Part shown: positions 14,385-26,520 of the stretch, in pieces
How positions within the stretch are numbered: the first letter of the stretch is position 1
Layout: every line of letters starts with the position of its first letter
Source: Octopus vulgaris
Taxonomy: Eukaryota
NCBI GenBank assembly: GCA_951406725.2
Contig: OX597819.1
Coordinates: forward strand, 42,036,001 to 42,100,000
Length of the DNA: 64,000 bases
Direction: 5' to 3'
Notes under the pieces: model-generated
Told to the model about the DNA's origin: nothing
The model's database searches: none
What the model saw: the letters and a program-made list of their open reading frames with translations, nothing else
Made by a program: the position numbers and the translations under genes

Positions 14385-14424
<40 letters not shown>

Positions 14425-14431
<7 letters not shown>

Positions 14432-15505
14432 GCTCCTACCCCTACGGGCGACAACGGGTCTCTCACTCAGAGTGAAAGGTAGATTGTATGATGCATGTGT
14501 GCGAACTGCCTTGCTTCACGGTAGTGAAACATGGGCCGTGACTGCAGAGGACATGCGTAGACTTGAAAGAAATGAAGCTAGCATGATCCACTGGATCTCT
14601 AATGTCAGTGTGAATGCACGACAGAGTGTAAGCACCCTGAGAGAAATGCTGGACATAAGAAGCATCAGATGTGGTATGCAAGAGCGACGCCTGCGATGGT
14701 ATGGTCATGTACTGCGGATGGATGAGGAGAGATGTGTGAAGAAGTGCCGCTCCCAAACAGTTGAAGGAATCAGGGGGAGAGGTAGACCCAGGAAGACATG
14801 GGATGAGGTAGTCAAGCATGACCTCAGAGCGTTGGGCCTCAGTGAGGCAATGGCGAAGGACCGAGATCTCTGGAGATGTGCTGTGACTGCAAAGACCCGG
14901 GATGCTTCCGGCACCAGTTCCGCATAGCCCCTGCGCATTCAAAGTACCTTGGGTCCCAGAACATCTCGCTGTGCTTGAGGAGACCTGTTGAGTCAAGTGC
15001 ATGTACATGAACATCGAAACAAATGGAAATAGTAGTTGTGATACCTGTGCCGGTGGCACATAAAAAGCACCATCCGAACGTGGCCGATGCCAGTGCCGCC
15101 TCGACTGGCTTCTGTGCCGGTGGCACATAAAAAGCACCATCCAAACGTGGCCAATGCCAGCGCCGCCTCGACTGGCTTCTGTGCCGGTGGCACATAAAAA
15201 GCACCATCCGAACGTGGCCGATGCCAGCGCCGCCTTGGCTGGCTTCCGTGCCGGTGGCACGTTAAAAGCACCAACCGATCGTGGCCGATGCCAGACCCCA
15301 GCCTGGCACCTGTGCAGGTGGCATGTAAAAGGCACCCACTACACTCGCGGAGTGGTTGGCGTTAGGAAGGGCATCCAGCCATAGAAACACTGCCAGATCA
15401 GACTGGAGCCTGGTGCTGCCCCTGGCTTCCCAGACCCCGGTCGAACCGTCCAACCCGTGCTAGTGCGGAAAACGGACGTTAAACGATGATGATGATGATG
15501 ATGAT
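14425..15505 (+). mobile_element. 5'-truncated RTE LINE
   Basis: ORF 14472-14927 (HGSETWA, RRLRWYGHV, RGRGRPRKTW, DRDLWR), a 3' UTR with ~66-bp tandem repeats and a (GAT)n tail. It begins at the end of a (TA)n tract. Confidence 0.95.
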
Positions 15506-16517
15506 ATTAACCCATAAAGCACTGGGATTTGCACTTACATAGCATGGACTGCTGAGCATATTTTATGAAAATGAGACTACCATGCACACATAAAAAACAA
15601 AAAATAGTTAAAATATCTTCTTAGTATAATATAACGGTGGCAAGTTTTACATCATCTGAAAAGTCATTAGTTGAACTATTTGTCCTCTTGCATTCTGGGA
15701 GGTATCAGAGCATTTGAATGACATTAGACCCCAATAAACACCCATAAATTAAATGTGTCTATCTGGGCCACGATTGTGGCCTGTTGACCTGTGCTTGATG
15801 GCCATGATTGTGGCCTGTTGTGCTTTATGTGTTAATAGTTGGGCATAGATATTTATAAAAATGTAACAGAATATGTCTTTAAAATAGTTGAACAGTTCCT
15901 TTCCTAAATACGAATTGTGTAACAGAAATTGCATCATATGTAATTGTCTCTTTTTTCATTGCTACTCAATACATGACTGTCCAATGTATAAATGAATGAC
16001 CATAGGATTACACCTAGAAAGTTCTCCACCAAGGCACAAGTCCAGGCAAGGTCGTTTACTGAAGACCAGCAATCGCCCATACATACCAGCCTCCCCTCTC
16101 CATGCCATCAACATTGCCCAAGGGAAAGGCAAATGTCTATACAGCTTGGTACCAGTAATATTGTAACTCATTTCTACAGCTGAGTCAACTGGAGCAACAT
16201 GAAATAAAGTGTCTTGCTCAAGAACACAACACAGCCTGATCCAGGAATTGAACTCACTACCTCATGACTGTGAGCTGAACACTCTAACCATTGGAGTATA
16301 CACCTTCACTGTCTAATTATGTATCTGTGGTATTGGTTCTCTGGACATTCCTTCTGTGAACTTTTGTTTTTATTTCAGATGACCATCTGATTTAGTATAA
16401 AAATTTGCTTCTGAGGTGATGAGAGAATTCTCTTGATTAGTTATGATACTATATCAGAGGATCTCTCTCTCTCTCTCTCTCTCTCAAATAAAATTTCTTC
16501 TTAAGGTCAGAAATTTT

Positions 16518-16939
16518 GGATCTTTTCGGTTTGACCGGCAGTTTTTTAAAATAATTTCCATGTAACTAAACACTTTTAAACTTCGTATACTGGTAGAATG
16601 AGTTTATAAAACATCTTTTTCTCTTGGTTTTATTGAGAAAATTCTATAGTTTGTATATATTTGTTGTTGTTTTTCTTCAATTTCGGCAATTTCAACCAAT
16701 CAATGATGTCAATTGAGGTGAAAACATTCTGTGTTGTATGAATATGTCCCTCGTTTAAGAAACAGATTGGGTTTATTTACATTGGAGAAGAAAAAAAGAT
16801 ATCCTTCCTCCCACCCCTAACCCAAACCCTAACCCTAAAACAGATTGAAATGCAATAGATCGATACTAGGGTCATAATTATGGGTGACAATTTCATATGA
16901 CACCGCTAGAAAAAACTGCCATTCAAACCGTAAAGATCC
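16518..16939. mobile_element. MITE with GGATCTTTTCGGTTTG TIRs and internal CCCTAA repeats
   Basis: ~28-bp TIRs; a second copy lies at 22945-23356. Confidence 0.9.
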
Positions 16940-17452
16940 AAAAGCCTTCTGTTTGTTGTCTGTTATAGCTTTCTTTAAATTTCAGCTCTTACTGATATTA
17001 ACAATGCAAAGAAGACTTTAAATTTATTTCTATTCTTAAGCATACGTCAAGGACGTCTTATTTCATGGGCACACTGGGCAGTTTTCCTTGGGCCTCACTG
17101 GTCTGAGGCCAAATTCCATCTTATGTATGTTGTGGCTTATAGGGCCCAGTACATTCATTTTCCTGGAGGCCTGTGATGCTGCAAAAGTGGCTCCGGTATA
17201 GGTATAGCTGTGCAGTTAAGAAGTTCATTTAGTACCCATTTGGTCTTGAACTCAGTCCTACTGCATGGCACCTTAGACAAGTGTCTTCTACTATAGCCCT
17301 GGGCTGACCAATGCATTGTGAGTGAGTTTGGTAGGCAGAAATCATGTGGAAGTCTGTCTTTCATACATATATATATATGTATATTCATCTATCTATCTGT
17401 ATGTATGTACATATGTGTGCGTGTGTGTCTTTATGTTTACCTCCACCACTAC

Positions 17453-17846
17453 CATCATCATCATCATTGTTCGACAATGGAATTTACCATGCTACGCCAG
17501 ACTTCACGGTCCATCATAGCATTACGGAGGTCCTGTTGCTGGATGCCTGTATCCCTGGAGATTACATCAGGGTAGGAGAGTGTGCGCCCTCTGGTGTTGC
17601 AAGTAGATGGCTTCCAGAGGAGAAGAGTAGAAATTGCCTCGTTTTCAGCTCTACAACAATGTCCAGCAAACTGAACTCTTCTACCTTTCACAAGAGATGA
17701 TACAGGTGGTAGTTTCCCATATATTTGCATTTTGGTTGGATGACACTTCCACGAGAGATTTTGAGCTCTCATATGGAGGCGAGTGTAGGTTCCATCCAAC
17801 CGCCTCTCAAGCTTCTTTGATAACGTCCAGGTTTCTGAGACATTCA
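17453..17846 (-). mobile_element. 3' end of a second RTE-clade LINE family, inserted in a SINE
   Basis: SETWTLSKKLERRLDG, RRVQFAGHC and MMDREVWR followed by an (ATG)n tail. SINE halves lie on both sides. Confidence 0.85.
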
Positions 17847-18947
17847 GTGTTGGTTTGTTTACATCCTTGTAACTTAGTGGTTCAGCAAAAGAGACTGATA
17901 GAATAAGTACCAGTTTCAAAATAAGTACTGGGTGGATTTGTTCGACTAAACCCTTTGAGGCAGTCCTCCAGTATGTCTGCAGCCCTACAACTGAAACAAG
18001 AAAAAGGTAAAAAACATTCTAGAATATCTTAAGAGGAATATTAAATCAGCTGGTATTGTTTATATTTATTTTTTTAATATTTTACTTGCTGCTTTGGAGA
18101 AAGAGGCAGGGTGCAAGGCTTTCATAGGTGCTCTGTGACCATTGAGACTGCTGCTATTTAGCCATATTAGTTAACATCTGCAAGGAAAATACAAGCAGGG
18201 AAGGAGTTCCAATGGGGGGAGGGGGGCAATGCTCAGCGACAGAAGGACTTGGAGGAGAAGTGGTTAGTGTGAGGCTCTGGGACAGTGGTGGATATAACAA
18301 AGGTGACGAGAGGGGAAGGGACACGTGAGTGGATACAGAATGAGGCTAGCAAGCACTGAAGAGCAGACGGGCCATTATAGTGTTAATGGAAATCTTGGAA
18401 GGATGAAAGGAAAAGTTAACTTTGACAGGATTTCAACTGACTCTGTAAAAGGCCATCACTAAATACTTCAAGATTTAGTCTGATTCCCTACTGATTTAAT
18501 GTTTTCACTGCCCTAAAGCAATTTAGTCAGGAAAATTGTTGAATTTATAGTTGTTAAGGTAATATTTTCCCCTTTATTTTTCTTTAATGAAAAGAATTGT
18601 AGACCTGGAGCAGAGGAGACTGATCATTAATGAGGTCATAAATGCAAATGAAAGATTTTTGACAAATCTAGCTAATTGACTGAATTACCAAATGATTAAT
18701 CAAACAATTGATTAGTTAATTGGTTAAATTTAATGAATTAACAAATAATTATCTTTTCAACTATAGGGATAAGATTTGAAATTTTGGGGGAGGGGAGCTT
18801 GTTGACTACATCATCCCCAGTAATTGATTGATACTATTTTATCAACTCGGTAAAGTTGACCTTGGTAGAATTTGAGCTCAGAATGTAAAACCAAAAGAAA
18901 TGCTGCTAAGCAATTTGTCCAGTATGCTAAGAATTCTATCAGCTCAC

Positions 18948-19385
18948 TGTAGTGGCGCCTGGTTCCAGACACCATTTTGGGAATTTCATCCACGCATGCG
19001 CAAAGATTGTGTCTTCCAGAAGGCCTGCCGGAAGTCCCTTATGCGCATGCGCAGTTATCAGCAGCAGCTAGGTTTTACCACTATTCTCTCTCTTTTTGCT
19101 CCTGCTGCCATCAGAGCTAGACGCAACCAGACAAGCTCTGTGTGAAGGTGAACACGACTTAGGCGAACCTGTGAAGAATGCCTTCACAATTGTGATTTAA
19201 ACCGACTCTGCTGTTTCCACCCCCAAGGTGTCCAGGCTACCGATGTCCAGAGATGAAATGCTTATTTTGGCGAAAATAAATTATTATTGTTATTTGTTCG
19301 GAGATTTGTGTTCCCACTGTTTTCCTTTCTACAACTAAGCAAGGAAATGTGAGGCACCCAACCAGTGCCAACCTCACATCCTACA
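18948..19385 (+). mobile_element. Probable solo LTR
   Basis: TGTAG...CTACA termini, 438 bp, more GC- and CpG-rich than the flanks, internal AATAAA near 19275. No TSD was found. Confidence 0.55.
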
Positions 19386-19747
19386 AGGGAAATGAAATAC
19401 AGCCAGTGTGTGTTTATCAGTATAATGACCTTCACAACTTACGACAAAATTTGTTTCACTACTTGAGTTCATATCAAGAGCCTTGAAAACCATATACAAA
19501 ATTGAAAGTTTCTTTTATATCTATAGCACAAAATATGATAAACCAGATGGTAGTTTTCTCATTTGCCTTTTTAAAAGAAGTTAACTTTATATTTTATCTC
19601 TTGTCTGAGGGACAATAAAATAATAATCAGTCAAGTACTGCAATTGATGAAATCAACTATTCCTTCCTCCAAAAATCTAAGTCATCTCAGACCTAAGAAT
19701 ATGCTTTTAGGCCCTTTCTAACACCAGCTACTTAACAAAGTATACTA

Positions 19748-21100
19748 CAGTGTTTCCCAATTGAATTCATCCCTTTCTCAAATGAATTCATCCTTTTCTC
19801 AAATGAATTCGTCTCTTTGCTATCAAAGCTAATTTGGATCTTAAATAGTTAAAAATTACACACCTATAAGTTTAAACAAACATAAGTGAAAATAAACAAA
19901 AAACTAAACTTAAAACAGTTTAAATTTATTTTAAAACACTTGTAATCATAAATATTTCACAAAACCTTCATATTCAATGCTTGTGGGATGAAAAATGTTT
20001 GATGTTGATCATATCTTGCACAATTTACAGCAGATATTGAATCCATTGTAAGATACATTGCTGTTTTAAAAATATTCATTCTATGGATCATCATGGGCAA
20101 ATTTTCTGATCTGTTGTAGAGATAATTTTTATGAGTCTGTAGATACTGCTTCACAAAAGATTTCAATTCATTGAACATTTCCTCAACAGGTTTAAATATT
20201 GGGGAATAAGGAAGTAGATATTTAAACCGTATGTTGTGGCACAAGATCAATTTCATTGGCACATTTATGGATGTGCACATTGTCCATAATAAATATGACA
20301 GGACCTGATGTAGTCAACAGTGATCTTTGGTGAACATTGATGTAAAAAACTGTTAGATTCAGAAGTTGTGATCTTCTTAAATGGTTCGAATTGGATAAGA
20401 CCTGACGTATCCATAACGGCAATAACGTTTAAGTTTGCCTCTTTAGTAGAAGAGTGATTGGTAATTGCTTGACCTCCATGGTAAGCTCTGCCCATTGACC
20501 TTCAAAATAAAATAGATTGTAAAAATATTTCATAAACAAAAATTTTATATAAGTATTTAGCAAATATAATAATCATTTGTCTTGAAATCCAAATGTTGTA
20601 ATTTGTTTCATCAATATATACACAATGAATGGCCAATCCATTATCTTGAAACCATTTTGCGTAATAACATTGCTTCTTTTTTTGTGTTTTCATTATTTTG
20701 TTCTTGATGGGGAATCATTAATTTTTTCAGAGTGTATCCAAAGCTGTCAAGATAGCAATCAATAGTTGATAATGAAACAGTCAAATCAAATTTCTCTTCT
20801 AAAAGTTCTCTCATTCTTTTCAAAGTTAAAGTTGGGTCCTCATTAATTGATTCTTGTAAAAATTGTTGATGATTTTCCTTGATTTTTTACTGTTGGTGCC
20901 CATGTTTTTTTTCTTTGGAGAATAATCTTTCTGTACAATTGCCTTGACTGTGCTGAAGTTAATATCAAGGGAGCAGGACAATTTCAAATTTTCACTGTTT
21001 CTGGAAGCAGACAATATTCTTTTTTTTTTATTCTGCTTGGATAATTATGTTTTAAATCAGACTTTAATACTAAAGGGATGAATTCAATCAGGAAATACAG
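19748..21100 (-). mobile_element. Full-length but decayed IS630-Tc1-mariner DNA transposon
   Basis: 29-bp imperfect TIRs CAGTGTTTCCCAATTGAATTCATCCCTTT with TA on both sides. Fragmented transposase with an HTH region (LTVSLSTIDCYL), YIDET, IMDNVHIH and LPYSPIFKPVEE. Confidence 0.92.
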
Positions 21101-22453
21101 TAGGTGCATTTTCATGACACCAGCATTAGTGAGGTCGCCAATCAATTTGCATGGCAAAATAAAGAAAGGAAAAGAAAAAAGCCTCTGAGTCTGAGTGGGA
21201 GTGTATTTGAAAAATTGATTTTGGAATTAAATTCATTGAAGGGATTCAGGCAATTGTCCAAAGTGTTCAATACTTAGATCTGATTTCATATTGATAAGTA
21301 GATCTTACTCTGAACAAGCTGTTGATGTGTTTGGGGTAAATCTGTCTAATACCTATTCCTGACAGTTTGGTTGTAAGCATGGCCATGCTTAATGGTTGTA
21401 AGTGTGACCATAATGGCTGTAAGCATGGCCACATGGTCAAGAAATTTGTTTTGCAATCACTTAGTACTGGGTTTGATCTCACACCATATCACCTTGAACA
21501 TCAGTGTTTTGTCACAATCTTGGTCCAACCCAAGTCCTGTGAGTGAAATTTGAGAAGATGGAAAATGTATGGAAGCTTATCAGACTGTACCTCATTCTTT
21601 GAGTGGTAGAACTAATCAGTCATCCAGTTTAAAGCTAACACTTGTACCTTAGGTACATCATCATCATCATCATTTAAACTCCTTGCTTCCATGAGTGAGA
21701 TGGACTTTGTTGAGGCAGATTTTCTATTACTGGATGCACTTCCTGTTACCAACCTTCACCTGTTTCCGAGCAAGGTAATATTTTCTCATGTGTATGTGGG
21801 ATGGAGGGATGAGGTGGGGTGTACAAGTGTTTACACTCTGTGCTTCTCTGAAAAATTACTGAGCCACAGACAGAGACATTTGCTAGTATTTCCCTTGCAA
21901 CAAAGCATCCACAATATCAGCATCTTCAAAGATGAAAATTCCTTTATTTGAAGTACAGGTAATAGTTAGCAACAGGAAAGACATCTAGTTACAGAAAAAA
22001 AAGAAAAAAAAAAACAATGCCTCAGTATTATGTACTCATCTAACCCATGAAAGCATTGAAACAAAAATGATTGAACAAATGAAAAAAACCAATGCCAAGC
22101 ATGAAAAAAAAGAGTTCAAAATCAATTACTCTGGAGAAAACAGACAGCTTGAAACATTTTGAGGTTAGTGGTGCAATGTTTTCTAATCAATGTTGAAGGC
22201 TTCATTCAAGCTGAAAGAAGAGTTGAACCAGATAATTTCTTTTTTCTGAATCAGTTGTTCTATAGGTCTGATATGTATTTTAATTTCTCTCTAAATCCAG
22301 TTACTTTTTTCTTTTTTTTTTTTCTTTCTTTTCAAAGAATTATTGTAAAAGTTTAAGATCTGATCAATATATTTTTGTTGGGAGATGCATAGATGTATCA
22401 TATATTTTCCTGCTAAATACATTCTCAATGATTATGGATGGGACATAAGAATT

Positions 22454-22492
<39 letters not shown>

Positions 22493-22944
22493 GCCTTATT
22501 TAACTTACTGTGAGAATATTTAATTATAGTAGAATGGCTAACTGTAACCTGATACACAAAAATAATAGGATTAATGGGACATCTACGAATTAGTCCAAAC
22601 CATCAACTTAATATAGCTGCTGACACTAAGTATCATATACTTCACAAAACACTAATGTAACTATCAAAACACCCTATCTGAAGATGTATCGGAAAGTATT
22701 ATATTAGATTTGCTATGAATCTAAAGCTGTTATACTTAGCTCATGTAGTCCAAGAATAAAAGCAAAGGATATACCACAAGCTTATACTAATACATCTTCA
22801 ACTTGAAGCAGAACAGTATTGATTGCTGATCAATAATTTTGTAACTGAAACTATAGCCACTATTTGATCTGCAGAGAAAAAAAGGAAAGAAAACAAGCTC
22901 CCCAAAAAACATGAGGCTTGTAGTCTCATTGTTTTACAGGCTCT

Positions 22945-23356
22945 GGATCTTTTCGGTTTGAACGGCAGTTTTTTAAAATAATTTCCACGTAACTAAACAC
23001 TTTTAAACTTCGTATACTGGTAGAATGTATTTATAAAACATCTTTTTCTCTTGGCTTTATTGAGAAAATTCTGTAGTTTGTAAGATATTTGTTGTTGTTT
23101 TTCTTCAATTTCGGCAATTTCAACCAATCAATGACGTCTACTGAGGTGAAAACATTCTGTGCCGTATGAATATGTCCCTCGTTTAAGAAACAGATTGGGT
23201 TTATTTACATTGGAGAAGAAAAAAAAGATACCCTTCCCCCCACCCCTAACCCTAAAACAGATTGAAATGCAATAGATCGATACTAGGGTCATAATTATGG
23301 GTGACAATTTCATATGACACCGCTAGAAAAAACTGCCGTTCAAACAGAAAAGATCC
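22945..23356. mobile_element. MITE, second copy of the GGATC-TIR family
   Basis: TIRs as at 16518. Flanks CAGGCTCT and CAGGCTCC form an 8-bp TSD with one mismatch. Confidence 0.9.
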
Positions 23357-24594
23357 CAGGCTCCTTGCTTCTTATATGAAATATTAATTTTTTTTTATTT
23401 TGAAAACCATCATCATCATGCTTGTGCCTGCTTTCAATGTTGGGTGGGTTGGACAGATCATCATAATCCAAGTTAGCAAGTGAGGGACACTACCCTCGCA
23501 GACAGGTTACAAGACTGCACCCTGTTTGTGTTTCACTTTTGGTTTGATTTCTACTGCTGAATGCCTTCCTCTCACTACTAACCACCTTACAGAGTGTATT
23601 GGGTGCATGTTATCATGGCATTAGTATACTAGTACTAGAGAAGTTGTCATATCTTACACATGACAAGACTAAAGAGCCTTATTGATGCAACATTTCCTCT
23701 TCTCATTCACCAACCACATTACACAGTGTACTGTGTGTATTTTATGAATAAATTGGAAAGGATTGTTGCCTTGAGCACTGCAAAAGTAAAGATTTATCAC
23801 TACTCTAAGATGTGTACTGTCACTCAGGTGAATAAGAAAGAAAGAGAGGGAAGGGAGAGAGAGAGGAGGGGATAGAGAGAGTGAGAGGAGGAGATAGAGA
23901 GAGAGAGAAAGAGAGAGCACCAGCAGATGAAGCAGAATGGGTGAGAGATAAAACTAATCATCATCACCATCACCATCATCATCATTTCGTGTCTGTTTTC
24001 TATACTGGTATGGGTTAAACAGTTTGACTGAAGCTGGTAAGCCAGGGAGCAGGACCAGGCTCTAGTCTGTTTTGGCTTGGTTTCTATGGTTGGATGCCCT
24101 TCCTAACGCCAACCACTCTATAGAGTGTCTTTTATGTGTTATCAGCACAGGTGAATAATACAATGTATAATTCTTTCTCTTATAGGCAATAGGTCTGAAA
24201 TTTAGGGTAAGAGTTAGTTGATTACACTGACCCTAGTACATGACTGGTACTTTATTTTATTGATTCTGAAAAGATGAAAGGCAAAGTTAACCCCAACAAG
24301 ATTTGAACTCAGATTATAAAGATCCAGAAAAGCACTCTGTCCAATGTACCAATGACTGTACTAGTTTGCCACCTTAATACAATGTATAATAAAAAGAAAT
24401 TAAAGCAATTTATTTTAATACCAAAGTTGTCTCAATACATATTGATATATGTTGTGTGGGAATATGAGCAGCAAGCACATTGATTTTCAAAAATGGATTA
24501 AAGTTCTGAATTTGCAGAATACTTTCTATTTTGTTGCACATCTCATCACTTTGACTGGAAATGGCTCTGCTAAATTATTTCCAACAAAACTTTT

Positions 24595-24954
24595 TTAACC
24601 CTTTAGCATTTAAACTGACCATATCCAGTCAAAATATTCTATCTGTTTTATGTCCAAACTGGTCAAATGTGGCCTCTCACCTCAACCCCACAATATTCAA
24701 AAAATTAACAGGTACCTCATTAAAATCTCATAGCTACAAGATAATGTATGGTTAATTCAAAACAATATAGTATAAAGTCACCTCAGCCACTACTACAACC
24801 TTACTCAGTTAAGAGGGATCCCCCTCCTTGCTACTTACTTGGCAATCTTACTGGTGTTGTGTCATGAATAGAGCACCCAGTACACTCTGTAAGGTGGTTG
24901 GTGTTAGGAAGTGTGTCAAGCCATAAGACAATAAGGTGAATGCTAAAGAGTTAA
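24595..24954. mobile_element. piggyBac-like MITE (TTAA target) with internal insertion
   Basis: TTAACCCTTTAGCATT...AATGCTAAAGAGTTAA; a related copy lies at 52398-52619. Confidence 0.75.
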
Positions 24955-25689
24955 AGTTCATTCAATTATACAAATCTGTCCTAGTTTAGATGAGGTATAT
25001 CAGAAGTGATGAAAGCATCCCAAGAAAAGCTTTTACCACTTCTTCCCATGTCTTGGTTCCTCCACTCATATCAGCACCACTAACTATAGCCATCTCTACA
25101 TACCTCTAACTTCCATCTCTGTCCCTGTATTTCTCTCTCTCTCTCCCACTCCACATATCATCTCCTTATTTTGCTAGCTACAATTTTATTATACAGCTGC
25201 TTTCTACCCTTCTTGTACTGTCATTTATCACCTCCTCCTTTCTGAGCTATTTCTTTTACCTTCTCCCCAATACTAATACTTATCATTGACCACACCTCCA
25301 CCCTAGCACATAATTCCCTATACTAACCTCTACCTCTATCTCTAAACACTGGTCACTCTCCTCTCACACTCCAATGAAATTTCCACCCCTCCCGATTTTC
25401 AGTCTGTATTCTCATTCTGCAGTACCTTGAGAGTATACTCTGATATCTTGTCATCAACATTTCAATCTTCTTTCCAGCCACTCTCACTCACTCATGTACA
25501 CTGCAAGATAGCTATGTATCTCTTCTATAGCAAGACATCTGCGCTTATCTGTCTATTATACCTTAGCTTCTCACCACCTGGCATAAAGTCACATCAGCCA
25601 CTACCACAACCCTACTCAGTTAAGAGGGATCCTTCTCCTTGCAACTTACTTGGTAATCTTACTGGTGTGGTGTCATGAATATATATAGT

Positions 25690-25917
25690 TCTTTACAACC
25701 CACAAGGGGCTAAACACAGAGGGGACAAACAAGGACAGACAAAGGGATTAAGTCGATTACATTGGCCCCAGTGCGAAACTGGTACTTAATTTACCGACCC
25801 TGAAAGGATGAAAGGCAAAGTCGACCTCGGCGGAATTTGAACTCGGAACGTAACGACAGACGAAATACAGCTACGCATTTCGCCCGGCATGCTAATGTTT
25901 CTGCCAGCTCGCCGCCT
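25690..25917 (-). mobile_element. tRNA-derived SINE (family B)
   Basis: Head GGCGGCGAGCTGGCAGAA with B-box-like GAGTTCAAATTCC; a close copy lies at 30068-30297. Confidence 0.9.
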
Positions 25918-26241
25918 TGATGAATATAGCATCCAGTGGTGTCATGAATATAGCATCCAGTACACTCTGTAAGGCGGTTGGTGTTAGGAAGCGTATCAAG
26001 CCATATGAAACCATGCCAAAGCAAATAATGGAGCTTCATGTAGTTTTTTGGTTTGTTGGATTCTGTCAAATCGTCCACTCCATGCAAACATAGAAGACAG
26101 ATGCTAAATGATGATGATGATGATGTATGAATGTGCACATGTATATGTCATGTGTGTGCATATATGTGTGTGTCTGTGTGCGTTTGTATGCACATGCATG
26201 TGCACAAGCACATGTGTGTTGTCATGATTTGAAATATTACT

Positions 26242-26520
26242 GTTCTATATTTAAGAGATGAAGAATTATGTACATTATTTACATTCGACGGATATTTGTC
26301 CTCATCTTGTTTGTTGTTAACACAACGTTTCGGCTGATATACCCTCCAGCCTTCTTCGGGTGTCTTGGGGAAATTTTGAACCTGGGTTCTCATTCCTAAG
26401 GTATTCTTCGATGCTATTATTATTATTATTATTGTTGTTGTTGTTCAGGTCGCTGCTTGGAATCGAACTCGGAATCCTGGGGTTAGTAGCCCATGCTCGT
26501 AACCACTAAGCAATATGCCC
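26242..26520 (-). mobile_element. tRNA-headed SINE-like element carrying a minimal hammerhead motif
   Basis: A box TTGCTTAGTGG (26503-13), B box GTTCGATTCC (26459-68), (AAC/AAT)n linker and hammerhead-like 26319-26364. The body is repeated at 60774-60930. Confidence 0.75.

Larger units (their letters stand above)
14085..14387. repeat. Near-perfect palindrome with ~142-bp arms and 19-bp spacer
   Basis: 14085-14225 versus 14245-14387 differ by one substitution and two 1-nt homopolymer indels. (TA)n tracts lie at 13903-13966 and 14388-14424. Confidence 0.97.

Noticed and set aside
15045-15335. Regular ~66-bp repeats resembling a CRISPR array
   Set aside because: The units repeat in full with no unique spacers; they are RTE 3' UTR tandem repeats in a eukaryote.
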